Positions 45,719-56,495 of a stretch of 64,000 nt of DNA are shown here, piece after piece (position 1 is the first letter of the stretch; the number at the start of each line of letters is the position of its first letter). Source of the DNA: Deltaproteobacteria bacterium (GTDB taxonomy: Bacteria > Myxococcota > Kuafuiibacteriia > Kuafuiibacteriales > Kuafuiibacteriaceae). Made by a program: the position numbers and the translations under genes. The DNA lies in the NCBI GenBank assembly GCA_040218735.1, contig JAVJQW010000061.1, positions 128,001 to 192,000 on the forward strand, given 5' to 3'. Under the pieces are notes generated by a model that saw only the letters and a list, made by a program, of their open reading frames with translations, did no database searches and had not been told where the DNA came from.

Positions 45719-45815
45719 GCCCTGCTCGGTACCACAGGCGGGCGCGTCGTTCGGACCCTCAAACGGGCGCCGGCTGTTGACTCGCCGCCGTGTCGGTTGG
45801 AACAAGGCCATCGAG

Positions 45816-46898
45816 ATGGCAAAGATCCGCGACACGCAGACCTACCACGACGGCCACCAGGACGGTCTGAAGCCCGTCCGCGCCATCGACATCAACGAGA
45901 TCAACAGCTTCTCCGAGATGCTGCGCGCCTATCAGAACGCGTCGTTCGGCGCGCGCCGCGTCGGGGACGCGCTCGACGTCATGGAGGCAATGGCCAACGA
46001 CCCGGACTGCTTCGTCGTCTGCACGCTCGCCGGCGCGATGACCGTCGCCAAGATGGGCCTCGTGCTCTGCGAGATGATCGAGCGCGGCTACATCGACATG
46101 ATCATCTCCACCGGCGCGCTCCAAGCCCACGGCATGATCGAGGGCAGCGGGATGGACCACTTCAAGTACGAGTCCGGGATGAACGACGTCGAGCTCTTCA
46201 ACAAGGGCTACGACCGCGTCTACGACACCCTCGAGCTCGAACGGAACCTCGACGAGCTGGAGCTCCTCGTCCGCAGCATCCTCGACAAGGTCGAAGGCGG
46301 CGTCCCGCTCGGCAGCAAGGACATCTGCAAGATCCTCGGCCGCGAGCTCTCCGAGCGCTTCGAGAACCAGCGCGGCATCCTGAAGAGCGCCTACGAAAAC
46401 GACGTCCCGGTGATCATCCCGGCGTTCACCGACTCCGAGCTCGGCCTCGACGTCATGGTCCACAACCTCGCCCGCAAACGGAAAGGCCGCGAGCCGCTCG
46501 CGTTCGATCCCTTCCAGGACCTCGGCTTCTACGCGGACGCCGTGAAGGACCGCGACCACCTCGGCATCTTCACCATCGGCGGCGGCGTCCCCCGCAACTG
46601 GGCCCAGCAGATCGGCCCGTACCTGGAGATCATGCACCACCGCCTCGGCGACGAGGGCGGCCACACCCAGCGCTTCCGCTACGGCGTCCGGATCTGCCCC
46701 GAGCCGGAGAACTGGGGCGGCCTCTCGGGCTGCAGCTACAGCGAGGGCATGAGCTGGGGGAAGTTCGTCCCCGTGGCCGAGGGCGGCCGCTACGCCGAGG
46801 TGCCCGTGGACGCCACCGTGGTCTGGCCCATCCTGATCAAGGCGCTGACCGAGGTCGTGCCGAAGAAGACCAAGAACTTCGCCCCGGCAAAACCATGA
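45816..46898 (+). CDS. Deoxyhypusine synthase-like protein (probable homospermidine synthase)
   Basis: LAGAM, ISTGA, YDRVYD, PAFTDSELG, IGGGVPRN and GGLSGCSYSEGMSWGK (catalytic Lys), DAT. Confidence 0.9.
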   Translation: MAKIRDTQTYHDGHQDGLKPVRAIDINEINSFSEMLRAYQNASFGARRVGDALDVMEAMANDPDCFVVCTLAGAMTVAKMGLVLCEMIERGYIDMIISTGALQAHGMIEGSGMDHFKYESGMNDVELFNKGYDRVYDTLELERNLDELELLVRSILDKVEGGVPLGSKDICKILGRELSERFENQRGILKSAYENDVPVIIPAFTDSELGLDVMVHNLARKRKGREPLAFDPFQDLGFYADAVKDRDHLGIFTIGGGVPRNWAQQIGPYLEIMHHRLGDEGGHTQRFRYGVRICPEPENWGGLSGCSYSEGMSWGKFVPVAEGGRYAEVPVDATVVWPILIKALTEVVPKKTKNFAPAKP

Positions 46899-46984
46899 CA
46901 TGACGCGTCACAGACACGTGACGTAGCCCCCGCCGTTCTCGGCTTGCGTGGTGCGTGCCTTCTCCTCCACCTTGCGCGCCAAAC

Positions 46985-49900
46985 ATGAAGACGAGCAACG
47001 CGCTTCTCCTCACTTCGATCTCGCTCGCACTCGCACTCTCCGCCTGCTCCGGCGACGACGACGGTAACGGCGACGACATGGGCACCCGCGACGGCGGGCC
47101 CGGCAGCACCCGCGACGGCGGACCTCGGGACGGCGGCGACATCGTCGTCGGCTGCAACAACCCCGCGCTCACTCCGCCCGCCAACGGCACCTGCGCGCAC
47201 ACCCCCGGCACGAACGGCGCGCTCCTCATCCGCGGCGACGTCATCGGCGCGGAGGGCTTCCTCGAGAACGGCCACGTCCTCGTCGGCGCGAACGGCACCG
47301 TGAAGTGCGCCGCGTGTGACTGCTCCGGCGACGCCGAGTTCGCCAACGCCGCGGTGCTCGAGTGCGCCGACGGCGTCATCAGCCCGGCGCTCGTGAACGC
47401 ACACGACCACATCACGTTCACCGAGACACCGCCTACGCCCCCGACCAACCCCGAGGAGCGCTACGACCACCGCCACCAGTGGCGGCGCGGTCAGGACAAC
47501 AAGGAAGAGATCCCGTCCGTCGGTAACCGCGGCGGCAACGACGGCGTCCTGTGGGGCGAGCTGCGGCACCTCTTCGGCGGCGCGACCTCCATCAACGGCA
47601 GCGGCGGCGCCAACGGCCTCATCCGCAACCTCGACAGGAACGGCGCCCAGCAGGAGGGCCTCAACCAGCAGTCCGTCGAATACCAGACCTTCCCGCTCGC
47701 CGACTCGAGCGGCACGCGGCGCGACACGGGCTGCGACTACTCGAGCCTCGACACGCCGGCCGACTACGCGGAGAACATCGCCTACGCACCGCACATCGCG
47801 GAGGGCATCGACGTCACCGCCCGCAACGAGTTCCTCTGCCTCTCGGGCATCGACTCGACCGGCTCCGACGTCCTCGACAGCAAGACCGCCGTCATCCACG
47901 GCATCGGCCTGATCGCCACCGACTACGCCGCGATGGCCGCGGAGGGCTCCTCGCTGATCTGGTCGCCGCGCTCAAACATCTCGCTGTACGGCCACACCGC
48001 CCAGGTCGTCCTCGCGAAGCGCTCCGGCGTGAACATCGCGCTCGGCACCGACTGGACGCAGACCGGCTCGATCAACCTCCTCCGCGAGCTTCGCTGCGCG
48101 GAGCAGTTCAACCGCGAGAACCTCGGCAGCGCGTTCAACGAGCGCGAGCTCGTCGCGATGGTCACGAGCAACGCCGCCGCCTCGATGGGTAGCGCCATGC
48201 GCCTCGGCACCCTCGCCGCCGGCCGCGAAGCCGACATCACGATCTTCAACGGCGCGACGAACGGCGGCTACCGCGCGATCCTCGACGCGGACCCGGAGGA
48301 CATCGTCCTCGTGCTGCGCAGCGGCTCGGTGCTGTACGGCGACGCCGAGATCGTCTCCGCCCTCCCCGGCGGCGCGACCGGCTGCGAGATGCTCGACGTC
48401 TGCGGCGTGAACAAACGCGCCTGCGTCGAGCGCGAGACCGGGAGCACGATCAACCAGATCCGCTCGTCGCTGCCCGACTACACGTACGACATCTTCTTCT
48501 GCAACGAGCCGCCGCAGGAGCCCACGTGCATCCCGTTCCGCACGGGTGAGTTCATGGGCATGGGCATGGAGGGCGACGCGGACGGCGACGGCGTCGTCGA
48601 CGCGATGGACAACTGCCCGAACGTCTTCAACGCGCCGCGCCCGCTCGACGGGATGATGCAGCCCGACGCCGACGACGACATGGTCGGCGACGCGTGCGAC
48701 GTCTGCCCGCTCAACGCGGACACCACGAACTGCACGCCGCCCGACCCGAACGACCTCGACGGTGACGGCACCCCGAACGCGACGGACAACTGCCCCGGCC
48801 AGCCCAACGCGGACCAGGCCGACCGCGACAACGACATGATCGGCGACGTCTGCGACGCGTGCCCCGACGAGCCGAACCTCGGCGGCGCCGCGTGCAGCGC
48901 TTCGGTCTACGACATCAAGCAGAGCAACATCGAGTCCGGCCGCGTGCGGCTCGTGAACATGTTCGTCACCGGCGTCTCCGACACCGGCGCGTACCTGCAG
49001 CGCCTCGAAGGCGACGACGGCTACGACGCGACGCTCCAGGAGAACTACTCGGGCATCTTCGTCTTCGCGGGCAGCACCATGCCGCCAGCGGTCGGCGACC
49101 GCGTCACGGTCGACGGCGACATCAACGACTTCTTCGGCCAGAAGCAGCTCGACAGCCCGACGTTCACGATCCTCTCGTCGGACAACCCGATGCCCGACCC
49201 GATCGCGATCACGCCCGCCGAGGGTGGGACCGGCGGCACGCGCGCCGAGGCGTTGGAGGCGGTGTTCGTCCGCGTCGGCACCGTGACGGTGACCGAGGTC
49301 GAGCCGGCGCCCGGCCCGGGTGACTCGGCGCCGACCTTCGAGTTCGTCGTCGACGGCGCGCTGCGCGTGAACGATCACTTCTACCGCGTCGAGCCGCTCC
49401 CGCAGGTCGGCGACCAGATCACGTTCATCCAGGGCATCCTCCGCCTCGGCAACGGCAACTCGAAGATCGAGCCGCGCAACGAGAACGACATCGGCCTCCC
49501 GCCGGGTCTGCGTGGCTTCGTCCCGGCCCTCACGTACGCGCGCGTCGGTGAGACGGGCGTCCCGGGCAGCGGTTTTGCGGTGGAGCTTTCGCGCCCCGCG
49601 ATCGCGCAGATCCAGGTCGGCCTCTCCGCCAGCGGCGGTATCACGGTGCCGAAGGCGGTCACGTTCGACGTCGGTGAGTCATCGGCGGACGTCGAGGTCA
49701 CCGCGACGTCGAGCGTCGGCTCGCCGTTCACGGTCACGGCCTCCTACGACGACGGCATGACGACGCAGACCGCGACCGGCACCGTGATCGTCTACGACGA
49801 CGCCGCGCCGCGCTCGATCGAGGACGCCACGCTCGACGCCACGGACATCCCGGTGAACGGCACCGCGATGGGTATGGTCACGATCGACCTCCCCGGTGCG

Positions 49901-50608
49901 GTCGGCGGAACGGCGCTCACCGTCACGGTGACACCCGCGGCGCTCGCGACGGTCCCCGCCGTGGTGGTGCCGCAGGATCAGCGCACGGTGACGTTCGTGC
50001 TGACGGCCGGCGCGATGACCGGGATGGGCAGCGTCACGATCGACACCGGCTCGGACTCGGAGACGATCCCGTTCGAGGTCCTGCAGTCGACGTCGCGTCC
50101 GCCGATGGCGGGTGACCTGATCATCACCGAGGTGCACCGCAACCCGTCGGGCAGCGACGAGTTCATGCGCGAGTGGTTCGAGGTCTACAACGCGTCGACG
50201 GACTCGATCCTGATCGACGGCATGCAGGTCGCGGACAACAACGGCATGGAGACGATCGCGGCGCCGGGCGTCGAGATCATGCCCGGCGAGCACGTGGTCA
50301 TCGCCCGTCTGAGCAACCCGGCGAACAACGGCGGTGTCACCGCGATCGCCGACTACGACGGCGCGGGCAACCTCCAGCTCGCGAACGGCGGCGACAACAT
50401 CACGCTGCGGTACATGGGCACCGAGCTCGACACCGTCGCGTGGTCGAGTGGCTGGCCGGGCGCCGGCCAGGGCGTCGCGATGTGCCTCAAGTTCCCGTAC
50501 ATGGACAACGCGGTGCAGGCGAACTGGGCCAACTCGGTCGGCGGCTTCGGCACCGGCGGCGACACCGGCCACCCGGGCGTCGCGAGCGACGCGACCAACT
50601 GCCCCTGA
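46985..50608 (+). CDS. Lipoprotein amidohydrolase with thrombospondin type-3 repeats, OB-fold, Ig-like and lamin-tail domains
   Basis: LSAC lipobox; NAHDH, HIAEG, IHG, WSPRSN and ALGTDW; DGDGVVDAMDNCP repeats; LIITEVHRNP...EWFEVYN. Confidence 0.9.
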   Translation: MKTSNALLLTSISLALALSACSGDDDGNGDDMGTRDGGPGSTRDGGPRDGGDIVVGCNNPALTPPANGTCAHTPGTNGALLIRGDVIGAEGFLENGHVLVGANGTVKCAACDCSGDAEFANAAVLECADGVISPALVNAHDHITFTETPPTPPTNPEERYDHRHQWRRGQDNKEEIPSVGNRGGNDGVLWGELRHLFGGATSINGSGGANGLIRNLDRNGAQQEGLNQQSVEYQTFPLADSSGTRRDTGCDYSSLDTPADYAENIAYAPHIAEGIDVTARNEFLCLSGIDSTGSDVLDSKTAVIHGIGLIATDYAAMAAEGSSLIWSPRSNISLYGHTAQVVLAKRSGVNIALGTDWTQTGSINLLRELRCAEQFNRENLGSAFNERELVAMVTSNAAASMGSAMRLGTLAAGREADITIFNGATNGGYRAILDADPEDIVLVLRSGSVLYGDAEIVSALPGGATGCEMLDVCGVNKRACVERETGSTINQIRSSLPDYTYDIFFCNEPPQEPTCIPFRTGEFMGMGMEGDADGDGVVDAMDNCPNVFNAPRPLDGMMQPDADDDMVGDACDVCPLNADTTNCTPPDPNDLDGDGTPNATDNCPGQPNADQADRDNDMIGDVCDACPDEPNLGGAACSASVYDIKQSNIESGRVRLVNMFVTGVSDTGAYLQRLEGDDGYDATLQENYSGIFVFAGSTMPPAVGDRVTVDGDINDFFGQKQLDSPTFTILSSDNPMPDPIAITPAEGGTGGTRAEALEAVFVRVGTVTVTEVEPAPGPGDSAPTFEFVVDGALRVNDHFYRVEPLPQVGDQITFIQGILRLGNGNSKIEPRNENDIGLPPGLRGFVPALTYARVGETGVPGSGFAVELSRPAIAQIQVGLSASGGITVPKAVTFDVGESSADVEVTATSSVGSPFTVTASYDDGMTTQTATGTVIVYDDAAPRSIEDATLDATDIPVNGTAMGMVTIDLPGAVGGTALTVTVTPAALATVPAVVVPQDQRTVTFVLTAGAMTGMGSVTIDTGSDSETIPFEVLQSTSRPPMAGDLIITEVHRNPSGSDEFMREWFEVYNASTDSILIDGMQVADNNGMETIAAPGVEIMPGEHVVIARLSNPANNGGVTAIADYDGAGNLQLANGGDNITLRYMGTELDTVAWSSGWPGAGQGVAMCLKFPYMDNAVQANWANSVGGFGTGGDTGHPGVASDATNCP

Positions 50609-50624
50609 GCCTATCGCGGCCGCT

Positions 50625-52451
50625 TCAGGCCCTGACGCCCTCCCGAACCGGAATCCGCGCGAGCGTAGCCTCCAACTCCGCCAGCCGAAGGGGCTTGGTG
50701 AGGTACGCGTCCATCCCCGCGTCGAGGCAGCGCTCGCGATCCCCCACCATCGCGTTGGCGGTGAGCGCGATGATGTGAACGGAGCGGCGCGGCCCGTCCA
50801 GCGCACGAATCCGGGCGGTCGCTTCGAACCCGTCGAGGACGGGCATCTGGCAGTCCATCAACACCGCCGCGTAGTCGCCGGCCTCCATCGCCCGTACGGC
50901 CTCGAGTCCGTTGACGACCATGTCGACCTCGTAGCCGAGCCGCTCGAGCATCCGCGAGGCCACGAGACGGTTGACCGCGTTGTCCTCCGCGAGCAGGAGG
51001 CGACCGCGTTGACCGGCGGGGGCCGCGCTGGCGTCCGGTGCCGCGGAGCGGACCGCGGGTGCTTCCGCGACGTCGAGGCGCGCGGTGAACCAGAACGTCG
51101 TGCCGACCCCCAGCTCGGACTCGACGCCGATCTCGCCGCCCATCCCTTCGACGAGGCGTTTGCAGATGGCGAGCCCCAACCCGGTGCCGCCGTACTTGCG
51201 GGTCGTCGACTCGTCCGCCTGGCTGAACGGCTTGAAGAGTCGGTCGCGAGCTTCGGGCGCGATCCCGATCCCCGTGTCGGTAACCTCGAAGCGAAGGAGA
51301 GTGGCTTCGCCGGTGGGGTGCGCGCGTCGAACGTTGATCGTGACGCCGCCACGCTCTGTGAACTTCAGGGCGTTGGAGCAGAGGTTCGTGAGGATCTGTT
51401 CCAGTCGCGTCGAGTCACCCGCCACGTGCGAGGGGACGTCGGCGTCGACGTGGGTCTCGACGGTGAGGCCTCGGTCTTCCGCCAGGTGCCGGAACAGGCC
51501 GACCGCGCGCTGGACGGTGTTGGGGACCGAGAGGGTGCGCACTTCGAATTCGATCTTCCCGGCTTCGATCTTCGAGAAGTCGAGGATGTCGTTGATCAGG
51601 GCGAGGAGCACTTCGCCGGAGGAACGAATCGTGTCGACCTGTTGCCGCTGATTCGCGTCGAGGTCCGTGTCGCCGAGCAGCTCGACCATCCCGATCACGC
51701 CGTTCATAGGCGTGCGAATCTCGTGGCTCATGTTGGCGAGGAAGATGCTCTTCGCCGCGTTGGCCGCGTCGGCGTGGCGCCGGGCCGCTTCGAGCTCCGC
51801 CGTGCGCTTGCGGACCTGCCGCTCGACGTCGGTGTGCGCGAGCTCGAGGCGAGCCTCGCGATCCGCAGCGGCACGCATCTCGCGGACGGACTGCACGCAC
51901 GAGTAGACGAGGAAGATGTCTTCGAAGACGACCCAAGCGGCGTGCTCCAACCATCGCCACTCACTCGCGGTGAGGACGCCGAACACCGACGCCGGGAAGT
52001 AGATCCCGCGCAGGCAGTGGTCGACCGCGACGACGACGGACGCCGTCACGAGCACGCGCCAGTCTCGATAGAACGCGAGGAACGCGAGCGACCCGAAGAT
52101 GTGGAAGTGAACCTCGATCCGCCCGCCCGACAGGTGAATGAGGAGCGCCGAACACAGGGCCTGAGCGAACGCGACGACGTGCGGCGTCGACGGGTCCGTG
52201 CCGCGGTAGCGAATCGCGTAGAGCGGCGCGGCGGCGATCGCAGCGCCTCCGACGACAGCGAGGAGCAGGTGGGGGTGGACGCCGGGGACCGGGCCCGACC
52301 ACGTCCGGGGTGAGACGGTCACCGCGGCGATGACGCCGGCCACCCACTGCAACACGAAGAGGAGCGCGAAGACACGGTTCGTGCGTCGGACGATTTCGGC
52401 CCGATTCGCTTCGAAGACGGCCTCGGACCGGGCGACGAGCTCCTGCGTCAC
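50625..52451 (-). CDS. Membrane hybrid histidine kinase / response regulator (RedC-like sensor domain)
   Basis: Multi-TM sensor with EVHFHIF; [15 protein letters not shown]; N, G1, F and G2 boxes; receiver LMDCQMP. Confidence 0.93.
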   Translation of the reverse strand: MTQELVARSEAVFEANRAEIVRRTNRVFALLFVLQWVAGVIAAVTVSPRTWSGPVPGVHPHLLLAVVGGAAIAAAPLYAIRYRGTDPSTPHVVAFAQALCSALLIHLSGGRIEVHFHIFGSLAFLAFYRDWRVLVTASVVVAVDHCLRGIYFPASVFGVLTASEWRWLEHAAWVVFEDIFLVYSCVQSVREMRAAADREARLELAHTDVERQVRKRTAELEAARRHADAANAAKSIFLANMSHEIRTPMNGVIGMVELLGDTDLDANQRQQVDTIRSSGEVLLALINDILDFSKIEAGKIEFEVRTLSVPNTVQRAVGLFRHLAEDRGLTVETHVDADVPSHVAGDSTRLEQILTNLCSNALKFTERGGVTINVRRAHPTGEATLLRFEVTDTGIGIAPEARDRLFKPFSQADESTTRKYGGTGLGLAICKRLVEGMGGEIGVESELGVGTTFWFTARLDVAEAPAVRSAAPDASAAPAGQRGRLLLAEDNAVNRLVASRMLERLGYEVDMVVNGLEAVRAMEAGDYAAVLMDCQMPVLDGFEATARIRALDGPRRSVHIIALTANAMVGDRERCLDAGMDAYLTKPLRLAELEATLARIPVREGVRA

Positions 52452-53026
52452 TTCGCGCTCCTCAGGAGGCACCCGAAGATGGGTGTGCGGGCATCGGCTC
52501 CGTCGTGCCCACGCATCAGCGCGACGACGGCGTCGGCGCCGTGGTTCGGTCCCTCGTGGGCGCGGGCTGCGGTCAAGCCGCCGTGAAAGCGCAGTGTGCC
52601 ACGTGCGTCGTAGACGAACGCGGCGCCGGACGCCTCGGCGGAGAACACGTCGGCGAGGACGCCCCCCACGTCGTGGACCAGCTCGACCCGCGGCGACGCG
52701 GCGAGCTTCTCGGCCATCGCGACGAGCTCGCCGCCGGCTCCGTCGACGGGGGCGACCACGAACCGCGTGGGGAACGCGTCGCCCACGCGCGCGTACGCGC
52801 GCTCCAGCTCGCGCAGGGTGGCGCGCGAGCAGGCGCAGCCGGGGTGGAGGAAGAGCACGAGGGTCGGATCGTCCGCGTCGAGCGCGAGGGGGACGTCGGG
52901 CCACGACGCGGGGGCCTCGGCGTCGGCGACCGGGGTCGACGCGTACAGCCCGGCCCACGCCACCCCGGCGGCGCCGACGCCGAGGAGACCGTAGACGACC
53001 AAGCCGTGGGTGAGGTTCTTCGCCAC
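52448..53026 (-). CDS. RedB-like thioredoxin-fold protein
   Basis: N-terminal TM; [23 protein letters not shown] and IFGC; GTGA coupling to the kinase. Confidence 0.7.
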   Translation of the reverse strand: MAKNLTHGLVVYGLLGVGAAGVAWAGLYASTPVADAEAPASWPDVPLALDADDPTLVLFLHPGCACSRATLRELERAYARVGDAFPTRFVVAPVDGAGGELVAMAEKLAASPRVELVHDVGGVLADVFSAEASGAAFVYDARGTLRFHGGLTAARAHEGPNHGADAVVALMRGHDGADARTPIFGCLLRSAK

Positions 53027-53187
53027 CTAGGTGGTCCCATCGACGGAAAGGAGGGTGGGTGTAGCGCCGCGCCTCGAATCAAGACGTGAGGAGCGCCCGC
53101 CACACCCGGACCCGTGGGTCGAGGATCAATCCCCTCGACTCGCGGTCGGAAGCGCCGTGACGCGACGGCATCGGGCGACCTAGGCGC

Positions 53188-53203
53188 TGGCACGAACGTC
53201 GCA
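53188..53203 (+). promoter_or_regulatory. Putative sigma54 (-24/-12) promoter
   Basis: TGGCACG-AACG-TCGCA, one mismatch from TGGCACG-N4-TTGCW, 13 nt before ATG 53217. Confidence 0.6.
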
Positions 53204-53216
53204 GTCCCTTCGGGAC

Positions 53217-56200
53217 ATGCGCGCCACCCCTTGGATCACCGCCGCCCTCGCCCTGAGCTGCTCAGCGTGTCTCGAAAAGTGTGCCCCCGGTCAGGTGGGC
53301 AACGGTGTGGCGCGGCTGACGATGCGGAACGTGGGCGCCGTCGTGCAGCTGATCAACGACGACACGACGTGTGGGTTCGAGGCGGCCGACGTGAAGCCCA
53401 ACTTCACGGTCGACGCGGAGCCCGGCAAGCAGGGTTGCGCGACGTGGAAGATCGCAGCGTGTGACCTCGACCTCGGGACGGCGGGCGACGTCAGCTACAG
53501 CTGCAACCAGACGGCGACGCTGATGACCGGGCGCGTGGTCGTCGACGCGACGCGGACGATCTGCGGCACCGTCACCGGCGACGTCGAGCAGCCGGTTGTC
53601 CCGCTCGGGCCGGACGCCGTGACCGTCGCGCTCGACAAGGTGCAGTTCGACGAGTTCGCGGTGGAGGACTCCGCCGGCGAGAACAAACTCACCTGGAAGC
53701 TCGGATCGATCTCCGCGATCGCGAAACCCCGCCTCGCCGCGAGCGCGTCGCAGGGCATCTGCATGATCCCGACCCCCCACATCGAGATCTCCGAAGTGAA
53801 GTACGACAAGGCGCTCGTCCACGTCGTCGCCGAGGGGCGCTCGTTCGAGGTGCCCGTGCCGTCGTCCAACATCTACGCGGTCAACGGCGTGCACGGCGAC
53901 AAGGAGAACTTCCTCTCCGGGCGCATCACGGTGTGGGGCTCCGAAGAAGACGTCGGCAACGACGGCGACGGCCTCGACCCCGAGTACAACGCTTCGGCGT
54001 TCCTCGAGGGCTACGCGTGTGAAGACGACCTCGCGTTGCCGGTCTCCCACGAGTGCGGCGACCTCGGCCCCGTGCTCGCGCAGGGCGCCTCGCGCCTGAC
54101 GATCCGCAACATGGGCGCCATCAACTACATCACCGAGAAGAACACCGACTGCGGCTTCTCCTCCGAGCCCGTGCTGTCGGCGATCCAGATCGTCGAGGGC
54201 TCGGTCGGTGAGCTCGGCGTCGCGAAGTTCCGCGTCGACAACTGCGCGATCGAGTTCCCGCCGGGGACGGTGCTGAAGTCGAGCTGCTCCGGCGACTCGA
54301 CGGTGGTCGGCGGCAAGATCGTCGTCACCGCGGAGAAGACGATGCACGGGCGCCTGACCGGCAACCTCGAGCAGCCGGTCGTGCCGATGGACGACCACCC
54401 CGTCGACTTCTCGTTCGAGCGCATCGAGTTTCACGACTTCGTCGTGGAGGAGGCCGGCACCGGCCTGACGCAGAAGTCCGGCGCGATGTCCGCGAAGGTT
54501 CGGCCGCGCACCGCGATGGACACCGCGCTCACCGCGTGCGGGTTCGAGACGCCGATCGCGCGCATGTCGGAGGTGCGCTACCTCGAGGCCACGCCGGTGA
54601 TCGTGAAGTCGGAGCAGGGCCGCTTCGAGGCCACGATCGAGAGCTCCGACATCCTCGCGGTGAACGGGAAGTGGGAGTCCGACGAGAACGTCCTCGACGG
54701 CACGATCGCGCTCGACGGCGAGATGTACTCGCTCCCGACGAGCCCCTCCGACGACGGCCTCGACCCAGACTACGACCCCGCGACGTTCAACTCGAAGTGG
54801 ATGTGCGGGACGGTCGACATGCAGTACCCGTTCGAGTGCCACTTCGTCCGGCCGCTCGCGCAGGGTGCGTCGCAGCTCACGGCGATGACGCTCGGGCAGA
54901 TCACCAACCTCATGGAGTCCGACACGACGTGTGGTTTCTCGAGCGACGCGGTGATGCTGAACCCCGAGATCACCGGGACGCTCGGCGACCCGGGCGGGAT
55001 GGCGGTCCTCACGATCGCGGAACCTTGTGAGCTCACGCTGCCGGCGGCGTACGTCGCCGACGAGGACTGCAACGGCAAGAAGACGCTCGTGGAGGGCACG
55101 ATTCGTGTGACCGGAACGAAGACGATCCGCGGCTACGTCTCCGGCGATCCCGTCGAGCCGATCGTCCCCACTTCGCGCGACCCGGCGGAGATCTCACTCG
55201 ACATCGAGTTCTCGGACTTCCGCGTGTGGACGGAGCCCGGCGACAACGCGCTGCTGGTGTACGGCGGTCGCTTGAGTGGAACGTTGCGACCGCGCCTCGC
55301 GATCGACACGGTCACCGGCGCCTGCTCGATCCCCACGCCGGTGGTGAAGTTCGAGAACATGGCGTGGTCGAACGCCCAGATGCAGATCACCTCCGAGGGG
55401 CGGCGCTTCGACATCGGCGTGTCGACCTCGCGCATCGACGCGGTCAACGGAACGCGCGACGACGTGGAGAACTGGATCGACGGGCAGATCGTCGTCGACG
55501 GCGAGACGATCGACATCCCGATCCGCGCCGGCGAGGGCCTCGACCCCGCATTCGACGCGGCGCAGTTCCTCGCGTCGTACACGTGTGAGCCAAACCTGCA
55601 GCTCCCCGACAAGGAGTCCGACTGCAACATGATGAAGCCGCTCGGCGAGGGCGCCGCGCGTTTGCTCATCTCCGCGCTCGGCTCCGCGACGGGCATCGTG
55701 AACAGCGACAGCGACTGCGGCTACAGCAAACTCGGCGTGATGATGGACCCCGACCGCGTCGAAGGTAACCCGGGCCAGATGGGCCTCATGGAGTGGGAGC
55801 TCACAGACTGCGCGCCCGGCGACATGGACGAGGAGGAGGACTGCCTCGGTTACGTCAGCCAGCCGGGCGGACGCTTCGTGCACACCGGGCGACGCACCGT
55901 GCGCGGGATCCGCGAGGAGATCAGCATCCTGTTCTTCGACTTCGACTCGATCGTGCCCAACTCTCACAGCTCGGTCGTCGTGGAGCACGACGCGCTGGTG
56001 TTCGACGGCTTCGAGGCCTACGACATCAACCCCGGCGACGACGCACCCAACCGCGGCATCACGATCCACTCCGGCACGATGTCCGCGATCGTGGAGCCTA
56101 TCACCGGGCGCAACGGAGACAACGGCTACGACGTCCCCACGCGCATCGCGCGCATGTCGAACGTGGTGATGGGCCCGGCGCCGATCACGATCCTCTACGA

Positions 56201-56429
56201 GGGCAAGACGTTCAACGTGCAGATCGACGGCGCCAACCTGCGCGCCTTCAACGGCTCGTGGGTCGGCGCACCGGGCGAGACGAACACGATCGCCGGGGAG
56301 ATCTCGATCAACGGCAACGCGCTCGTCCTCCCCGAGCAGGGCCTCGACCCCGACTTCGACCAGGCCCACTTCGACGAGCGCTACGCGTGCACGGATGACC
56401 TCCAAGAGACCATCCCGCCGGCCCCCTGA
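53217..56429 (+). CDS. Large lipoprotein made of four ~250-aa Cys-containing repeats, function unknown
   Basis: Lipobox-like LALSC/CSAC; four units G.[AS][RQ]L...D/T.CG[FY]...[VI]VP...GLDP.[YF]....F...[YW].C. Confidence 0.85.
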   Translation: MRATPWITAALALSCSACLEKCAPGQVGNGVARLTMRNVGAVVQLINDDTTCGFEAADVKPNFTVDAEPGKQGCATWKIAACDLDLGTAGDVSYSCNQTATLMTGRVVVDATRTICGTVTGDVEQPVVPLGPDAVTVALDKVQFDEFAVEDSAGENKLTWKLGSISAIAKPRLAASASQGICMIPTPHIEISEVKYDKALVHVVAEGRSFEVPVPSSNIYAVNGVHGDKENFLSGRITVWGSEEDVGNDGDGLDPEYNASAFLEGYACEDDLALPVSHECGDLGPVLAQGASRLTIRNMGAINYITEKNTDCGFSSEPVLSAIQIVEGSVGELGVAKFRVDNCAIEFPPGTVLKSSCSGDSTVVGGKIVVTAEKTMHGRLTGNLEQPVVPMDDHPVDFSFERIEFHDFVVEEAGTGLTQKSGAMSAKVRPRTAMDTALTACGFETPIARMSEVRYLEATPVIVKSEQGRFEATIESSDILAVNGKWESDENVLDGTIALDGEMYSLPTSPSDDGLDPDYDPATFNSKWMCGTVDMQYPFECHFVRPLAQGASQLTAMTLGQITNLMESDTTCGFSSDAVMLNPEITGTLGDPGGMAVLTIAEPCELTLPAAYVADEDCNGKKTLVEGTIRVTGTKTIRGYVSGDPVEPIVPTSRDPAEISLDIEFSDFRVWTEPGDNALLVYGGRLSGTLRPRLAIDTVTGACSIPTPVVKFENMAWSNAQMQITSEGRRFDIGVSTSRIDAVNGTRDDVENWIDGQIVVDGETIDIPIRAGEGLDPAFDAAQFLASYTCEPNLQLPDKESDCNMMKPLGEGAARLLISALGSATGIVNSDSDCGYSKLGVMMDPDRVEGNPGQMGLMEWELTDCAPGDMDEEEDCLGYVSQPGGRFVHTGRRTVRGIREEISILFFDFDSIVPNSHSSVVVEHDALVFDGFEAYDINPGDDAPNRGITIHSGTMSAIVEPITGRNGDNGYDVPTRIARMSNVVMGPAPITILYEGKTFNVQIDGANLRAFNGSWVGAPGETNTIAGEISINGNALVLPEQGLDPDFDQAHFDERYACTDDLQETIPPAP

Positions 56430-56495
56430 GCGCCCCAACCCGAGAACGACGAGACGCCCTCGCGGCGGAACACCGCGCCCCGCTAAGCTGAAGCG

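Noticed and set aside
45816-46898. Eukaryote-type hypusination of a translation factor
   Set aside because: Bacterial DHS homologues generally act in homospermidine synthesis, and no efp or IF5A-like gene is adjacent.
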